Origin: Microcoleus sp.
GTDB lineage: Bacteria > Cyanobacteriota > Cyanobacteriia > Cyanobacteriales > Microcoleaceae
Reading direction: 5' to 3'
Assembly (NCBI GenBank): GCA_052279835.1
Contig: CP181291.1
Location: 3,104,001-3,168,000 of the forward strand
DNA length: 64,000 nucleotides
This document shows positions 40,883-52,455 of this stretch, piece by piece. The number at the start of each line of letters is the position of its first letter. The first letter of the stretch is position 1. Made by a program: the position numbers and the translations under genes. The notes beneath the pieces were generated by a model. That model was not told the origin of the DNA and made no database searches. It saw only the letters and a program-made list of their open reading frames with translations.

Positions 40883-43800
40883 ATGCAGCTTAAAGACTTG
40901 CCAACTCTAGAGCGAGCTATCGATCGCCACCCCATAACTGTAGCACCTCAAACATCACTCCTCGATGTTCTGCGCTTGATGGGGCAAGTAGATGGCGAGG
41001 ATAGTTTCTGGTTCCCACAAGCAACGGTTATTGAGAGTGGCGATGAACTAGAAAGTAACCAGAGAATGTCACTTTTACACAATGGTTGCGTTTTGGTAGT
41101 GGAGGAGTCCTCCAATCATCGCACAACATCTCTGGCAGGAATTTTCACTGCTAGAGATGCTATGTGTCTGGCGGCGTCGGGTATAACTTGCCTAAGCCCG
41201 ATCAAAATCGCTGATGTGATGAGACAGCCCCAAGTGGTTTTCAAGCTGTCGGAAGCTCAAGATATTTTTACGCCATTATTGATATTTCGCCAACATCAAA
41301 TTTCCTATCTGCCGATTGTAGACGATCGCGATCGACTCTTGGGGATAGTTACTCCCGAAAGTATCCTGGAAACTCTGCAAAGCGCTAATCTCCTCAAATT
41401 AGGCACTGTCGCAGAAGTCATGAAAACTCAAATCCTGAGCGTACCCAGACATACATCGGTACTCAAAATTGCTCAGTTGATGGTACAAAATCTCGCCAGT
41501 TGGGCGCTAATTACCGACAATCTCAGAGAGGGAGTAGAGTACGAAGTAGCAGAAATTTCCCGCATCATTCCCACAGGTATCGTCACAGAACATAAGATTT
41601 TACAAGCACAAGCTCTCGGCATAGATTTAGCACAAACTCCTGCTTCAGCTATTATGAGAAGGCTGGGAACTCACCTCAACCCAGAAGATTCCCTGTGGCG
41701 TGCTTGTCAGCAAATGCAGCAAGAGCAAATGCAGCCTTTATTAGTATCTCAGTTTCGCGAAAATGTCCACGATACTCTGTTAGGAATCGTCGCCCAGGTA
41801 GACTTATTGGGTTTGTTGGAACCAGCCCAAATTTATAAAGGACTCAAACGCGCACAGCAATCTATTCGTCAACTACAAATCGAAAATACTGAATTGCTAC
41901 GCAGTCGTAATGCGGAACTAGAAACCCAGGTAGAGCAGCGTACTGCTGAACTCCAAGCAGCACTGACAAAGGTTGAACAACAAGCAAAACAAGCTGCACT
42001 CATTAACCAAATTGTTCAGGTGATGCGAGATACGATGGTTGTCGATCAAATTTTGCAGACGACGGTAGATCAGTTGCATCAATCCCTGAATGTCAGTCGC
42101 TGCGTAATTTTGGAAGAAAACAGCCACCGAGAAACTTCCATTACCTACTTTAGTGAAGCTACCCCAGAAGCAGAACAATTACTGGGAATGCACTGTCCGA
42201 TATTGAACCGCTACAAACAGCAATTAATTCACGGCCATCAAGTTCTATTTAACAAAATTGACGACTCTTTAACCCCAGAGTTGCAAGCAGTTGCCCGTCA
42301 GTTTAGTGTTCGTGCTCTGTTGATTACACCCCTAGTATATCAACAACAGTTCTTGGGTGCGATTTGCCTGCACCAGTGCGATCGCGAACGGGAATGGACT
42401 GATTCCGAATTGGAATTTGTCAAGACGATTTCTACTCATTGTGCCATCGCCATTCATCAAGCCAAACTTTATCAACAACTACAAACGGAACTTGCCGAAC
42501 GAGAGCGCGCCGAAGCAGCCCTGCAAACACAAAAAGAATTTCTGCGGAATGTCATCGACACCAGCCCCCACGCCATTTTTGTTAAAGATTGTAATGGAAC
42601 ATATGTTTTAGTCAATCAATCTCTTGCCGAACTCTTAGGTACAACAGTAGAAAATTTGACTGGCAAAAAAGATGCCGAATTTATTGACGATCCTGCACAA
42701 GTTGAGAAATTTTTGGCTGATGTTCGAGAAATTACCAGCACGTTACAGCCCAAATTTTTTTTAGAAGAAACCGTTACCACGCCTACGGGAGAAATTCGGT
42801 ACTTTCAAATAGTCAAAAAACCTCTGTTATCTGCCGATGGTACCAGTTGTCAAATCCTTGGTGTCGCTACGGATATTACCGATCGCAAATTCGCCGAACA
42901 AGCCCTACGGGAGAGCGAACAACTCTTCCGCTTAATGGCAGATACAGCCCCAGTATTTATCTGGATGTCAGGTACTGATAGTCTGCGGAATTTTTTTAAT
43001 CAAGGCTGGTTAGATTTTACAGGTAAAACTTTAGAAGAACAACTAGATAACGGTTGGACAGCAGCAGTCCATCCCGATGATTTGCACCAGTGTTTAGATA
43101 TCTATCTATCCTCTTTTAACACCCGTCAAAAATTCCTGATGGAATACCGTCTCAGGAATGTTGATGGGGAGTTTCGTTGGATTTTAGATAGAGGCGTGCC
43201 TCGGTTTACGCCCAGTGGCGATTTTGCAGGTTACATTGGCTCCTGTGTTGATATCACCGAGCGTAAAGTTGCTGAGGAGTCCCTGCAACAAGCCAAAGAG
43301 CAATTACAAGCGGTATTGGATGCCGTACCTGGATTTATTTCTTGGATTGATGCTGATGGGAAATACCTTGGTGTTAACCGACATCTGGCTGACAGCTTTA
43401 ACTTGAGGGCCAAGGATTTTATTGGCAAAGAACTTGGTTTTATGCAAAATAGCCCCGTGTTTACAGAATTTATGATTCAGTTTATTCGTAGTTCTGATGT
43501 GGAGGCTTCCCAAGTTATTGAATCACAAATTGATGGTCGAGCGCGACATTACTTACTCGCCGCTCACAAATATCAACAAGAAACGGCGGTGGTGTGCGTC
43601 GGGATTGATATTACAGAACGCAAACAAGCAGAAGAATCTCTACGGGAGAGCCAGATCAAATTGAGCGCTATCTTCAATAATACATTTCAGTTTACGGGCT
43701 TGTTGCAATTAGATGGTACTCTGGTGGAACCCAACCAGACGGTACTAGATTTCGGTGGCTTGCAGTTAGCTGATGTGGTTGGAATTCCCTTGTGGGAAAC

Positions 43801-46800
43801 TAGCTGGTGGACAATTTCCACCGCGACTCAAGAACGTTTAAAAAGCGCGATCGCCTACGCTGCATCTGGTAACTTTATCCGTTATGAAGCTGATGTTTTG
43901 GGTGTTGGTAATACCATAGCCACTGTGGACTTCTCCATCAAGCCAATGAAAGATGAGGCCGGAGAAGTGGTAATGCTGATTGCTGAAGGTCGCGATATTA
44001 CTGAATTAAAGCAGGCGCAGAACGATCGCGATCGCTTTTTCAATAATTCGATGGATCTAATGGCGATCGCCGAATTCAACGGTTGTTTTAAGCTAGTCAA
44101 CCCAGCTTGCACAGAAATCCTTGGTTATACCAAAGACGAATTAGAAGGCAAAAGTTTTCTTGAATTCATTCACCCCGATGACTTACAAACAGTCTACAAT
44201 GTATGGGTTCAAGAAAAAAACACTGGTCATGCAGTCCGAGATTTAGAAATTCGCTATCGTTGTTTGAACGGTAATTACAAGTGGCTCTCTTGGAACTGCA
44301 TTCCTTTCCCAGAAGAAGGTATCAGCTATGGCTTTGCTCGCGATATTACTGCTCGCAAAGCTGCTGAAAAAGCCTGGGAACTACTCAATGAAGAGCTGGA
44401 AAACAAAGTCGAGGAACGTACAGCTCAGTTAAGGACAGCCAACCAGCAATTACACCAAGAAATTAGGGAGCGCCAGCAATTTGAGGCAGCCTTGAGAGCC
44501 AGTCAAGAGCAGCTACAAGCCATTCTTGATAACTCCCCAGCGGTGATTTATGTAGTAGACATTCAAAACAGATATATTCTGGTTAATCACAAATTTGAAA
44601 ACTTGTTTGGAGTTACCACACAACAACTGATTGGTCAAAGCATTTACACTCGATTTCCCGAAAAAATAGCCGATTATTTTGCTTCCAAAAATCGCTTAGT
44701 AGTTGAAAGCGGACAACCCATAAAAAGCGAAGAAACTATACCTTTGCAGGATGGAATCCACACTTATATTACCATCAAATTTCCGCTCAAAGATGCCCAG
44801 GGAGTTACCTATGCCGTTTGCGGTATTTCTACAGACATTACCGATCGCCAAATTGCAGAAGAAACCCTGCGACGACAATTAGCTGCTGTAGAAGCCGCAA
44901 CAGATGGGATTGCAATTCTGAATGCCCAAGGTGAATACATCTACTTGAACGCTTCCCACAACCAAATATTTGGATACGACAGCAGCAGTAGCCTGCTAGG
45001 TAAAACTTGGCGCGAACTCTACTCTCAAGAAGAAATTGAACGATTCGACAGTGAAATATTTCCCCTATTTTGGCAAGCAGGAAAATGGCAAGGAGAAGCA
45101 AATGCTAAAAAACGGGATGGTACAAAAATTGCCCAGGAAATTTCTCTGACATTAATTGAAGAAGGAGGAATTATTTGTGTTTGCCGCGATATTAGCCAAC
45201 GCAAAGTTGCTGAAGAAACCTCAAGAATTAGAGACCGGGCGATTACTGCTAGTAGCAATGGTATTATTATCTCCGATGCGAGGCTCCCTGATACTCCATT
45301 AATCTACGTAAACCCCGCTTTTGAGCGCATAACTGGTTATTCTGCTGTCGAAGCGATCGGACGTAACTGCCGTTTTCTGCAAGGAACAGAAACCAACCAA
45401 CCGGAGTTAGATCAACTACGTACTGCTATCAAAGAACAGAAAAATTGTGTAGTTATTTTACGAAATTATCGCAAAGATGGTACTATGTTCTGGAATGAGT
45501 TAAGCATTTCTCCCATTTACGATGCCCAGGAAAATCTCACTCATTACATAGGTATTCAAACAGATATCACCGATCGCAAACTTGCCGAAAAAGCCCTGTG
45601 GGCGACCCAAGATAGATTAAAATACTTACTTTCTTGCAGTCCAGCGGTCATCTACAGTACCAAATCTGTGGGAGATTACTGCCCTACCTTTATTAGCGAA
45701 AATATCACCTCACTTGTGGGCTATGAAGCGCGAGAATTCCTAGCAGATTCTAGTTTCTGGAACCGTCACATTCACCCAGAAGATGCCCCCCGCGTCTCGG
45801 TAAATCTACAATCACTAATCGAGCAAGGTTCCAACATTCAGGAATACCGCTTTCTCCACCAAGATGGTACTTACCGCTGGCTATACAATCAAACCAAGCT
45901 AGTACGAGACGTGGAGGGTAAGCCACGGGAAATAGTTGGTTATTTAGCAGATATTAGCGATCGCAAACAAGCAGAGTCAGAGCGATCGCGCTTGGTAGCA
46001 ATTCTAGAAGCCAGCACCGACTTTGTAGGTATGTCCGATATTAAAGGCAACGTACTCTGGAACAACAACCAGATGAAACAACTCATGGGAATTCCCACAA
46101 ATCAGGAACTCTTGCAGTCTGATATTCCCCAATATCACCCCCAATGGGCACTGGAAATTATCCAAAATCAAGGCCTCCCCTCTGCTACTCGCAACGGAGT
46201 TTGGGTTGGTGAAACAGCTTTATTAAGAAAGGATGGGACGGAAATGCCCGTTTCCCAAATGATCATCGCCCACAAGTCATCCACAGATACTGTAGAGTTT
46301 TATTCCACCTTGATGCGCGATATCACAGCCCTCAAGCAAGCTGAGACAGCATTGCAACAAGCTAAAGATCAATTGCAAGCTGTATTAGATGCCGTACCTG
46401 GTTCAGTTTCTTGGATTGGTTCCGATCTACGATACCTTGGGGTTAACCAACACCTTGCTGCTACTTTTAACCTGGGTCCAGATGCTTTTGTTGGTCAAGA
46501 TATTGGCTTTCTCAAAAACAGTGCTAACTTTGCTGAATTTATGCGTAAATTTATGATTTTACCAGGGACCGCCACCAGTCAAATCATTGATTTAAAAATT
46601 GACGATTCTACCCGCAATTACTTGGTAGTCGCCCAGAAATATCAGCAAGGAGCAGCCGCAGTTTCCGTGGGAATTGATATTACAGATCGCAAACAAGCCG
46701 AAAGCAAACTCCTAGCATCACTTAAAGATAAAGAAGTCTTGCTTAAAGAAATTCATCATCGAGTCAAAAACAACTTGCAGATAATTTCTAGTCTCCTAAA

Positions 46801-47344
46801 ATTGCAATCGGGGTATATCAAAGATCGAGAAGCATTAACTATGTTTATTGACAGCTACAATCGGGTCCGATCGATGGCACTGATTCACGAAAAGCTCTAT
46901 CAATCTCAAACTTTGGCAAAGATTGATGCTGCGGACTACATCCGCAATTTAACCGCTAATTTATTCCAGTCTTATACAGTAACAGACACCCAAATTCAAT
47001 TGCAGGTAGAAATAGATCGAATAGAATTAGATATTGATACGGCTATTCCTTGTGGTCTCATCGTCAATGAACTTGTGTCTAATTGTTTAAAGTATGCTTT
47101 TTTGGGTAAAAAAAATGGCTATATTCACATTAAATTTGTCTATCATCACTCCCCTGAATTCCTCCTAATGGTGAGGGACGATGGAGTAGGATTACCACCG
47201 GATTTTGACATTGAACAAAACGAATCTTTGGGTCTACAACTGGTTTATAACTTGTCTGAACAACTGGGGGGGGAATTAGAAATATCTACTGAAGGTGGGA
47301 CTTGTTTTCAGATTACTTTCGATCTGCCCAATCCCCGAAATTAA
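40883..47344 (+). CDS. Giant cytoplasmic sensor kinase: CBS-GAF-multiple PAS (incl. LOV)-HisKA_2-HATPase
   Basis: N-terminal CBS pairs, GAF, repeated DITDRK PAC ends, GRNCRFLQ, EIHHRVKNNLQ, NELVSNCLKYAF, SLGL. Confidence 0.92.
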   Translation: MQLKDLPTLERAIDRHPITVAPQTSLLDVLRLMGQVDGEDSFWFPQATVIESGDELESNQRMSLLHNGCVLVVEESSNHRTTSLAGIFTARDAMCLAASGITCLSPIKIADVMRQPQVVFKLSEAQDIFTPLLIFRQHQISYLPIVDDRDRLLGIVTPESILETLQSANLLKLGTVAEVMKTQILSVPRHTSVLKIAQLMVQNLASWALITDNLREGVEYEVAEISRIIPTGIVTEHKILQAQALGIDLAQTPASAIMRRLGTHLNPEDSLWRACQQMQQEQMQPLLVSQFRENVHDTLLGIVAQVDLLGLLEPAQIYKGLKRAQQSIRQLQIENTELLRSRNAELETQVEQRTAELQAALTKVEQQAKQAALINQIVQVMRDTMVVDQILQTTVDQLHQSLNVSRCVILEENSHRETSITYFSEATPEAEQLLGMHCPILNRYKQQLIHGHQVLFNKIDDSLTPELQAVARQFSVRALLITPLVYQQQFLGAICLHQCDREREWTDSELEFVKTISTHCAIAIHQAKLYQQLQTELAERERAEAALQTQKEFLRNVIDTSPHAIFVKDCNGTYVLVNQSLAELLGTTVENLTGKKDAEFIDDPAQVEKFLADVREITSTLQPKFFLEETVTTPTGEIRYFQIVKKPLLSADGTSCQILGVATDITDRKFAEQALRESEQLFRLMADTAPVFIWMSGTDSLRNFFNQGWLDFTGKTLEEQLDNGWTAAVHPDDLHQCLDIYLSSFNTRQKFLMEYRLRNVDGEFRWILDRGVPRFTPSGDFAGYIGSCVDITERKVAEESLQQAKEQLQAVLDAVPGFISWIDADGKYLGVNRHLADSFNLRAKDFIGKELGFMQNSPVFTEFMIQFIRSSDVEASQVIESQIDGRARHYLLAAHKYQQETAVVCVGIDITERKQAEESLRESQIKLSAIFNNTFQFTGLLQLDGTLVEPNQTVLDFGGLQLADVVGIPLWETSWWTISTATQERLKSAIAYAASGNFIRYEADVLGVGNTIATVDFSIKPMKDEAGEVVMLIAEGRDITELKQAQNDRDRFFNNSMDLMAIAEFNGCFKLVNPACTEILGYTKDELEGKSFLEFIHPDDLQTVYNVWVQEKNTGHAVRDLEIRYRCLNGNYKWLSWNCIPFPEEGISYGFARDITARKAAEKAWELLNEELENKVEERTAQLRTANQQLHQEIRERQQFEAALRASQEQLQAILDNSPAVIYVVDIQNRYILVNHKFENLFGVTTQQLIGQSIYTRFPEKIADYFASKNRLVVESGQPIKSEETIPLQDGIHTYITIKFPLKDAQGVTYAVCGISTDITDRQIAEETLRRQLAAVEAATDGIAILNAQGEYIYLNASHNQIFGYDSSSSLLGKTWRELYSQEEIERFDSEIFPLFWQAGKWQGEANAKKRDGTKIAQEISLTLIEEGGIICVCRDISQRKVAEETSRIRDRAITASSNGIIISDARLPDTPLIYVNPAFERITGYSAVEAIGRNCRFLQGTETNQPELDQLRTAIKEQKNCVVILRNYRKDGTMFWNELSISPIYDAQENLTHYIGIQTDITDRKLAEKALWATQDRLKYLLSCSPAVIYSTKSVGDYCPTFISENITSLVGYEAREFLADSSFWNRHIHPEDAPRVSVNLQSLIEQGSNIQEYRFLHQDGTYRWLYNQTKLVRDVEGKPREIVGYLADISDRKQAESERSRLVAILEASTDFVGMSDIKGNVLWNNNQMKQLMGIPTNQELLQSDIPQYHPQWALEIIQNQGLPSATRNGVWVGETALLRKDGTEMPVSQMIIAHKSSTDTVEFYSTLMRDITALKQAETALQQAKDQLQAVLDAVPGSVSWIGSDLRYLGVNQHLAATFNLGPDAFVGQDIGFLKNSANFAEFMRKFMILPGTATSQIIDLKIDDSTRNYLVVAQKYQQGAAAVSVGIDITDRKQAESKLLASLKDKEVLLKEIHHRVKNNLQIISSLLKLQSGYIKDREALTMFIDSYNRVRSMALIHEKLYQSQTLAKIDAADYIRNLTANLFQSYTVTDTQIQLQVEIDRIELDIDTAIPCGLIVNELVSNCLKYAFLGKKNGYIHIKFVYHHSPEFLLMVRDDGVGLPPDFDIEQNESLGLQLVYNLSEQLGGELEISTEGGTCFQITFDLPNPRN

Positions 47345-47426
47345 AACATTCTAAGTTTTAACTAATGACATTTTAAATTAAATGTAATCGTCAATATCTA
47401 TTTCAAAAATAGCTGAACATAATCCT

Positions 47427-50400
47427 ATGATCGATCGTGCCAATCAAAAAAATCCCAGTTTAGATTCGTCGCTGTGGCAAAAAAAACTAATCAAACTATT
47501 TGCTAGGATTCACCAAACAACTCAGTGGGTATTTACTGTGCGAGTGCTACCCATGATAGTGGCGGTGAGTATTTGTGCGATGACTGTGGTTCTGTGGCAA
47601 ACTCTACTGACAAACGATCGCCACTCTATTGAGAAAGCAATTAACTTAGAAGCAACCAATACCAAAATCCTGATCGCCCACGAGGTACAAGAGCAAATAT
47701 CCGGGCTAGTTAACATGGCTAAGCAGTGGGAAAAATCAGGAAAGCCATCCAAAGAAATATGGGAAGCTCAAGCAGCCTTTTATCTTGAGAGCTGCAAAAG
47801 TTGCCAAGCCATACAATGGGTAGACCCCTCCTTCAACGTATCCTGGAGTTTACCAGTTGTAGGCGATCGCACCGAGCAAAACTTCAACTTGGAACTCAAG
47901 CAGCAGATAGCACAAGCAATTGCCACTAAAGAACGGAAAGTAATAGTCAGCCATAGCATTAATCTCAAGCAGGGGGGCAAGGGATTTTTGGTATACGTTC
48001 CGATTGTCAGGAAAGACAATTTTGCAGGTTTTATTGTTGGTATTTTTAGATTTAAGGAATTATTTGATATTTTATTTGACTCATTAAAATTAAGTTCAGA
48101 AGTTACTTACGCGCTGTCAATTTATGATAGAAGTGAAACAATTTATAGCTCTATAACCGAGCGAAATTTAGCAGCGAATAGCTGGTCAAAAACCACCAAA
48201 ATACAACTCTATAACATAGCATGGCAAATCCAGGTTTTTCCGCTTCAAAACTCCCTAGTTCAAAAACAATCTCCTCTTCCAGAAGTCCTATTAGTTGTGG
48301 GATTTTTGATGGCTGGGCTGCTAGCATGGACAGTTTATCTAACTCAACTTTCGCGACGGCGCGCACAGACATTTGAGACGGTGAATCAGAGACTAGGAAA
48401 AGAAATTTCTCAGCGTCAGCGGGTAGAAGAAAGACTAAAAGAAACCACTCGCTTGCAGCGGGCAATTTTGGACAGCGCCAACTACACAATCATTTCTACA
48501 GATGTCAACGGCACTATTCTGACTTTCAATCCAACTGCCGAACGATTGTTGCGATATAATGCTTCTGAAGTAGTTGGAGAAACCACCCCTCTGCTCTTCC
48601 ACAACTTTAAGGAAATATCCCAGCACGCTGAAGATTTGTCGCAAGAATTGGGAGTGATAATTGAGCCTGGATTTGAAGTTTTTGTCACGCGCTCGCTCCT
48701 GGGAAAAGTTGAGGAGAGTGAATGGACTTACATCACCAAAAATATTACAGATACAGCCCAAATTAGCATACCCTCAGATATTACTAATTTCTTAGAAAAT
48801 GACAACCGTTCCTATTTTCCTGTGCTGCTGTCCGTGACAGCTTTGCGCGACTTAGAAGCTAATATTACCGGATTTTTGTTTATCGGCAGTGACATTACTC
48901 AGAGAAAGCAAGCCGAGGCATCCTTGCAGCGCCAACGCGAGTTGTTAGAAGTCACCCTTGCTAGTATCGGTGATGCTGTGATTGCTACTGACAAACTAGC
49001 TAATATTACCTTCATCAATCCTTGGGCAGAAGTGCTGACGGGATGGTCGGCACAGGAAGCTTTAGGACGACAAATTGACCAAGTATTTTGCATGATTGAC
49101 GAGCGATCGCGACAAGAAGTCCAAAGTCCTGTCCAACAGGTACTGCAAACCAAAGTTGCCTTTGAATTAAGCGATCGCACTCTTTTGCGACCCCGATCTG
49201 GTCAAGAAATACCGATCGACCAAAACTGCACCCCCATTTTCCGCAATACCGGCTCACTTTACGGAGCAGTATTAGTATTTCGCAATACCACCGTCCGACG
49301 ACAAGCAGAAAATGCCCTGCGAGAAGCAGAAGCCAAATATCGCAACATCTTTGAAAACGCTGTAGAAGGAATTTTTCAAACCACCCTCGACGGTAAATTC
49401 ATCAATGTCAATCCCGCCCTAGTCGCCATCTATGGCTATGAATCAGCAGCCGATTTGATGGAAAATATTACTAATATTAAAACACAAGTTTATGTCGAAC
49501 CCAACCGTCGCGACGAATTTGTAAGCTTGATGCAGCAGCACGATGCTTTGTTCCGGTTTGAGTCGCAAATTTATCGTCAAGACGGCAAGAAAATCTGGAT
49601 TTCAGAAAATGCTCGCATCGTCCGCGACTCCGAGGGTCAACCGCTTTATTATGAAGGCAGTGTGGAAGATATCAGCCAGCGCAAACAAGTCGAAGCAGCA
49701 TTACTAGAAAGTCAAGAACGCTGGCAGTTAGCAGTGCGCGGCAACAATGACGGTATTTGGGATTGGAATGTCAAAACCAATCAAACCTTTTTCTCGCCTC
49801 GTTGGAAACAAATGATAGGTTATGAAGACCACGAAATTGCCAATCATTTTAGCGAATGGGAAAAACGAATACATCCAGAGGATGTTCCCCGCACTATGCA
49901 AACAGTTAAAGAGCATTTTGCTCAGCAAACACCTTTTTATATCGTAGAACACCGCATTCTTTGCAAAGATGGTACATACAAATGGATTTTGGCCAGAGGT
50001 CAGGCGATTTGGGATGAAGCAGGAAACCCCGTGCGAATGACCGGTTCCCATACAGATATCACTCTCGCCAAGCAAGCTGAGTCAGCCCTCAAAGAAAGTG
50101 AAGAATGGTTCCGCAATTTAGTCGAAACTAGCAGCGATTGGGTTTGGGAAGTAGATGCCAACGACTTCTATACTTATGCCAGTCCCAAAGTACGCGAGCT
50201 CTTAGGTTATGAACCTGAAGAATTGGTAGGCAAAACTCCCTTTGACTTGATGCCTCCGCAAGAATTAGCACGGGTTGCTAACTTTTTTTATGCCATTGCA
50301 GCAGCCCAACAGCCCTTTAATTGTGTGGAAAATACCAATATTCACAAAGACGGTCATTTAGTTGTACTCGAAAGCAGTGGCGTTCCCATCTTCAATGCCG

Positions 50401-51116
50401 ATGGCAGCTTTCGGGGTTATCGTGGCATGGATCGAAATATTACCGATCGCAAACGGTCAGATTTCCAACTCAGAGCCTCCCTGAAAGAGAAAGAAGTGCT
50501 CCTGAAAGAAATTCACCACCGAGTTAAAAACAACTTGCAAGTGATTTCCAGCCTGCTGAAACTGCAAGCCGGATATATCGACGATGAAAACGTGCAAAGC
50601 CTGTTTACAGAAAGTTACAATCGTGTCCGTTCCATGGCACTGATTCACGAAAAACTCTATCAAACCTCTAATTTAGCCAAAATTGATGCTGGTGACTATA
50701 TTCGCAACTTAGTAGATAATTTATTTCGTTCCTACAACATTTCTACACAAAAAATTGACTTGTGCTTAAAAGTTGATAAAATTTTGCTGGATGTCGATAC
50801 GGCAGTTCCTTGTGGATTAATCATCAATGAAATAGTTTCTAATGCCCTCAAGTATGCTTTTACCAATCAAAAATCGGGAGAGATATCTATTCATTTTATC
50901 AAAAAAGACAGGGACTATCTATTGCTGTCCATCAAAGACAACGGTACGGGACTGCCTCCCGATTTTAATTTAGAAGAATCGGAATCCCTAGGTTTGCAGT
51001 TAGTTGTTAATTTAACTGAACAATTAGAAGGAACCCTCACCTATGGGAGCAATGGCGGGACTTGTTTTCAAATTTTATTTAAACCGGTAATCAGGGGTGA
51101 TAGCAAATCCTGGTAA
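47427..51116 (+). CDS. Membrane sensor kinase: CHASE-like, multiple PAS, HisKA_2-HATPase
   Basis: Two TM helices flanking a periplasmic domain, PAS/PAC repeats, EIHHRVKNNLQVISSLL. Confidence 0.92.
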   Translation: MIDRANQKNPSLDSSLWQKKLIKLFARIHQTTQWVFTVRVLPMIVAVSICAMTVVLWQTLLTNDRHSIEKAINLEATNTKILIAHEVQEQISGLVNMAKQWEKSGKPSKEIWEAQAAFYLESCKSCQAIQWVDPSFNVSWSLPVVGDRTEQNFNLELKQQIAQAIATKERKVIVSHSINLKQGGKGFLVYVPIVRKDNFAGFIVGIFRFKELFDILFDSLKLSSEVTYALSIYDRSETIYSSITERNLAANSWSKTTKIQLYNIAWQIQVFPLQNSLVQKQSPLPEVLLVVGFLMAGLLAWTVYLTQLSRRRAQTFETVNQRLGKEISQRQRVEERLKETTRLQRAILDSANYTIISTDVNGTILTFNPTAERLLRYNASEVVGETTPLLFHNFKEISQHAEDLSQELGVIIEPGFEVFVTRSLLGKVEESEWTYITKNITDTAQISIPSDITNFLENDNRSYFPVLLSVTALRDLEANITGFLFIGSDITQRKQAEASLQRQRELLEVTLASIGDAVIATDKLANITFINPWAEVLTGWSAQEALGRQIDQVFCMIDERSRQEVQSPVQQVLQTKVAFELSDRTLLRPRSGQEIPIDQNCTPIFRNTGSLYGAVLVFRNTTVRRQAENALREAEAKYRNIFENAVEGIFQTTLDGKFINVNPALVAIYGYESAADLMENITNIKTQVYVEPNRRDEFVSLMQQHDALFRFESQIYRQDGKKIWISENARIVRDSEGQPLYYEGSVEDISQRKQVEAALLESQERWQLAVRGNNDGIWDWNVKTNQTFFSPRWKQMIGYEDHEIANHFSEWEKRIHPEDVPRTMQTVKEHFAQQTPFYIVEHRILCKDGTYKWILARGQAIWDEAGNPVRMTGSHTDITLAKQAESALKESEEWFRNLVETSSDWVWEVDANDFYTYASPKVRELLGYEPEELVGKTPFDLMPPQELARVANFFYAIAAAQQPFNCVENTNIHKDGHLVVLESSGVPIFNADGSFRGYRGMDRNITDRKRSDFQLRASLKEKEVLLKEIHHRVKNNLQVISSLLKLQAGYIDDENVQSLFTESYNRVRSMALIHEKLYQTSNLAKIDAGDYIRNLVDNLFRSYNISTQKIDLCLKVDKILLDVDTAVPCGLIINEIVSNALKYAFTNQKSGEISIHFIKKDRDYLLLSIKDNGTGLPPDFNLEESESLGLQLVVNLTEQLEGTLTYGSNGGTCFQILFKPVIRGDSKSW

Positions 51117-51347
51117 CAAACTCCTATTTATTGAGAGGGAGAGAGGGGATAAGGCCGAAATTAACCGGCTACCAAAAAGGGGGTAGTTTTCCCTGGATTT
51201 TAGCTAAGAACCATAAAAAACAAATAAAAATTAGGGGTTATATGTTAATTTAAAAAATAAGGGAATTGAGGGGAGAATAAAAATGTATAACGACAAGCTA
51301 AATTCATCTAAAAATCACTCAAGCGATAATCTAAGGGTAAAAATACA

Positions 51348-52451
51348 ATGGACTTAACTACAATCATGGTAGTCGAAGATGAAACTATTATTGGTATGGA
51401 CATTAGAAACAGCTTAAAAAAGTTGGGTTATTCTGTGCCACCCGTAATCGCTACGGGAGAAAAAGCCATCGAAAAAGCCGAACAGCTTCAGCCACATCTA
51501 ATTTTGATGGATATTATGTTGAAAGGCTCCATAGATGGAGTACAGGCTGCCGCAGAAATTAGAAAAAGGTTCAATTTGCCGATCGTCTATTTAACAGCCA
51601 ATACAGATCCGATTACTTTGCAGCGAGCCAAGGAGACACAGCCTTTTGGTTATATCATCAAGCCCTTTGAAGAAAAAGATTTACACACCACGATAGAGAT
51701 TGCTCTGGCTAGGTGTAAAGCCGAAACAGAAATTCGTCGCTCTCTGGAAAAAGAAAAGGAACTCAACGAGCTTAAATCTCGTTTTATCACCATGACTTCC
51801 CACGAATTCCGCACTCCCCTGACTGCAATTCTGGGCTCGGCAGAGTTGTTAGAACATTACGGTAATAAATGGACTCACGAAAAAAAACTTACCTATCTCC
51901 ACCGCATTCAAAATAGCGTTCAGCACTTAGTTCACCTATTGGATGACGTGCTATTAATCGGTCAAGCAGAAGCGGGAAAACTAGATTTTAATCCCTTACC
52001 ATTGGATTTGACCGAATTTTGCAGTAGCTTAGTGGAAGAGTTGGAACTGAGTGCTGGCAGCCAGTATACAATTTCTTTTCAAGCATTAGGCGAATCTACT
52101 CCTGCTTGTATGGATGAAAAACTGCTACGACATATCCTTAGCAATTTGCTCTCGAATGCTGTCAAGTATTCGCCAAATGGCGGTATTATAAAATTCGACC
52201 TCGCTTTTGAGGGTAAACAAGCAAGATTTGAAGTCCAAGATAGAGGAATTGGCATTCCCCCAGAAGATTTACAAGAACTGTTCGATCTATTTCATCGAGC
52301 TAAAAATGTGGGTAAAATCTCTGGAACTGGTTTAGGACTGGCAATTGTGAAAAAAGCGGTAGATTTACACGGCGGTCAGATCTCCGTCACCAGTGAAATA
52401 GGAGTAGGTACTTCATTTACAGTTCAACTTCCCTTAAATAAAGAAATTTAA
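51348..52451 (+). CDS. Hybrid REC-histidine kinase
   Basis: VVEDE..LMDI..KPF receiver; SHEFRTPL, NLLSNAVKYS, GTGLGL. Confidence 0.93.
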   Translation: MDLTTIMVVEDETIIGMDIRNSLKKLGYSVPPVIATGEKAIEKAEQLQPHLILMDIMLKGSIDGVQAAAEIRKRFNLPIVYLTANTDPITLQRAKETQPFGYIIKPFEEKDLHTTIEIALARCKAETEIRRSLEKEKELNELKSRFITMTSHEFRTPLTAILGSAELLEHYGNKWTHEKKLTYLHRIQNSVQHLVHLLDDVLLIGQAEAGKLDFNPLPLDLTEFCSSLVEELELSAGSQYTISFQALGESTPACMDEKLLRHILSNLLSNAVKYSPNGGIIKFDLAFEGKQARFEVQDRGIGIPPEDLQELFDLFHRAKNVGKISGTGLGLAIVKKAVDLHGGQISVTSEIGVGTSFTVQLPLNKEI

Positions 52452-52455
52452 ACCT

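Noticed and set aside
41990..42480. Cyanobacteriochrome GAF in the giant kinase
   Set aside because: No DxCF or CH bilin-attachment motif visible
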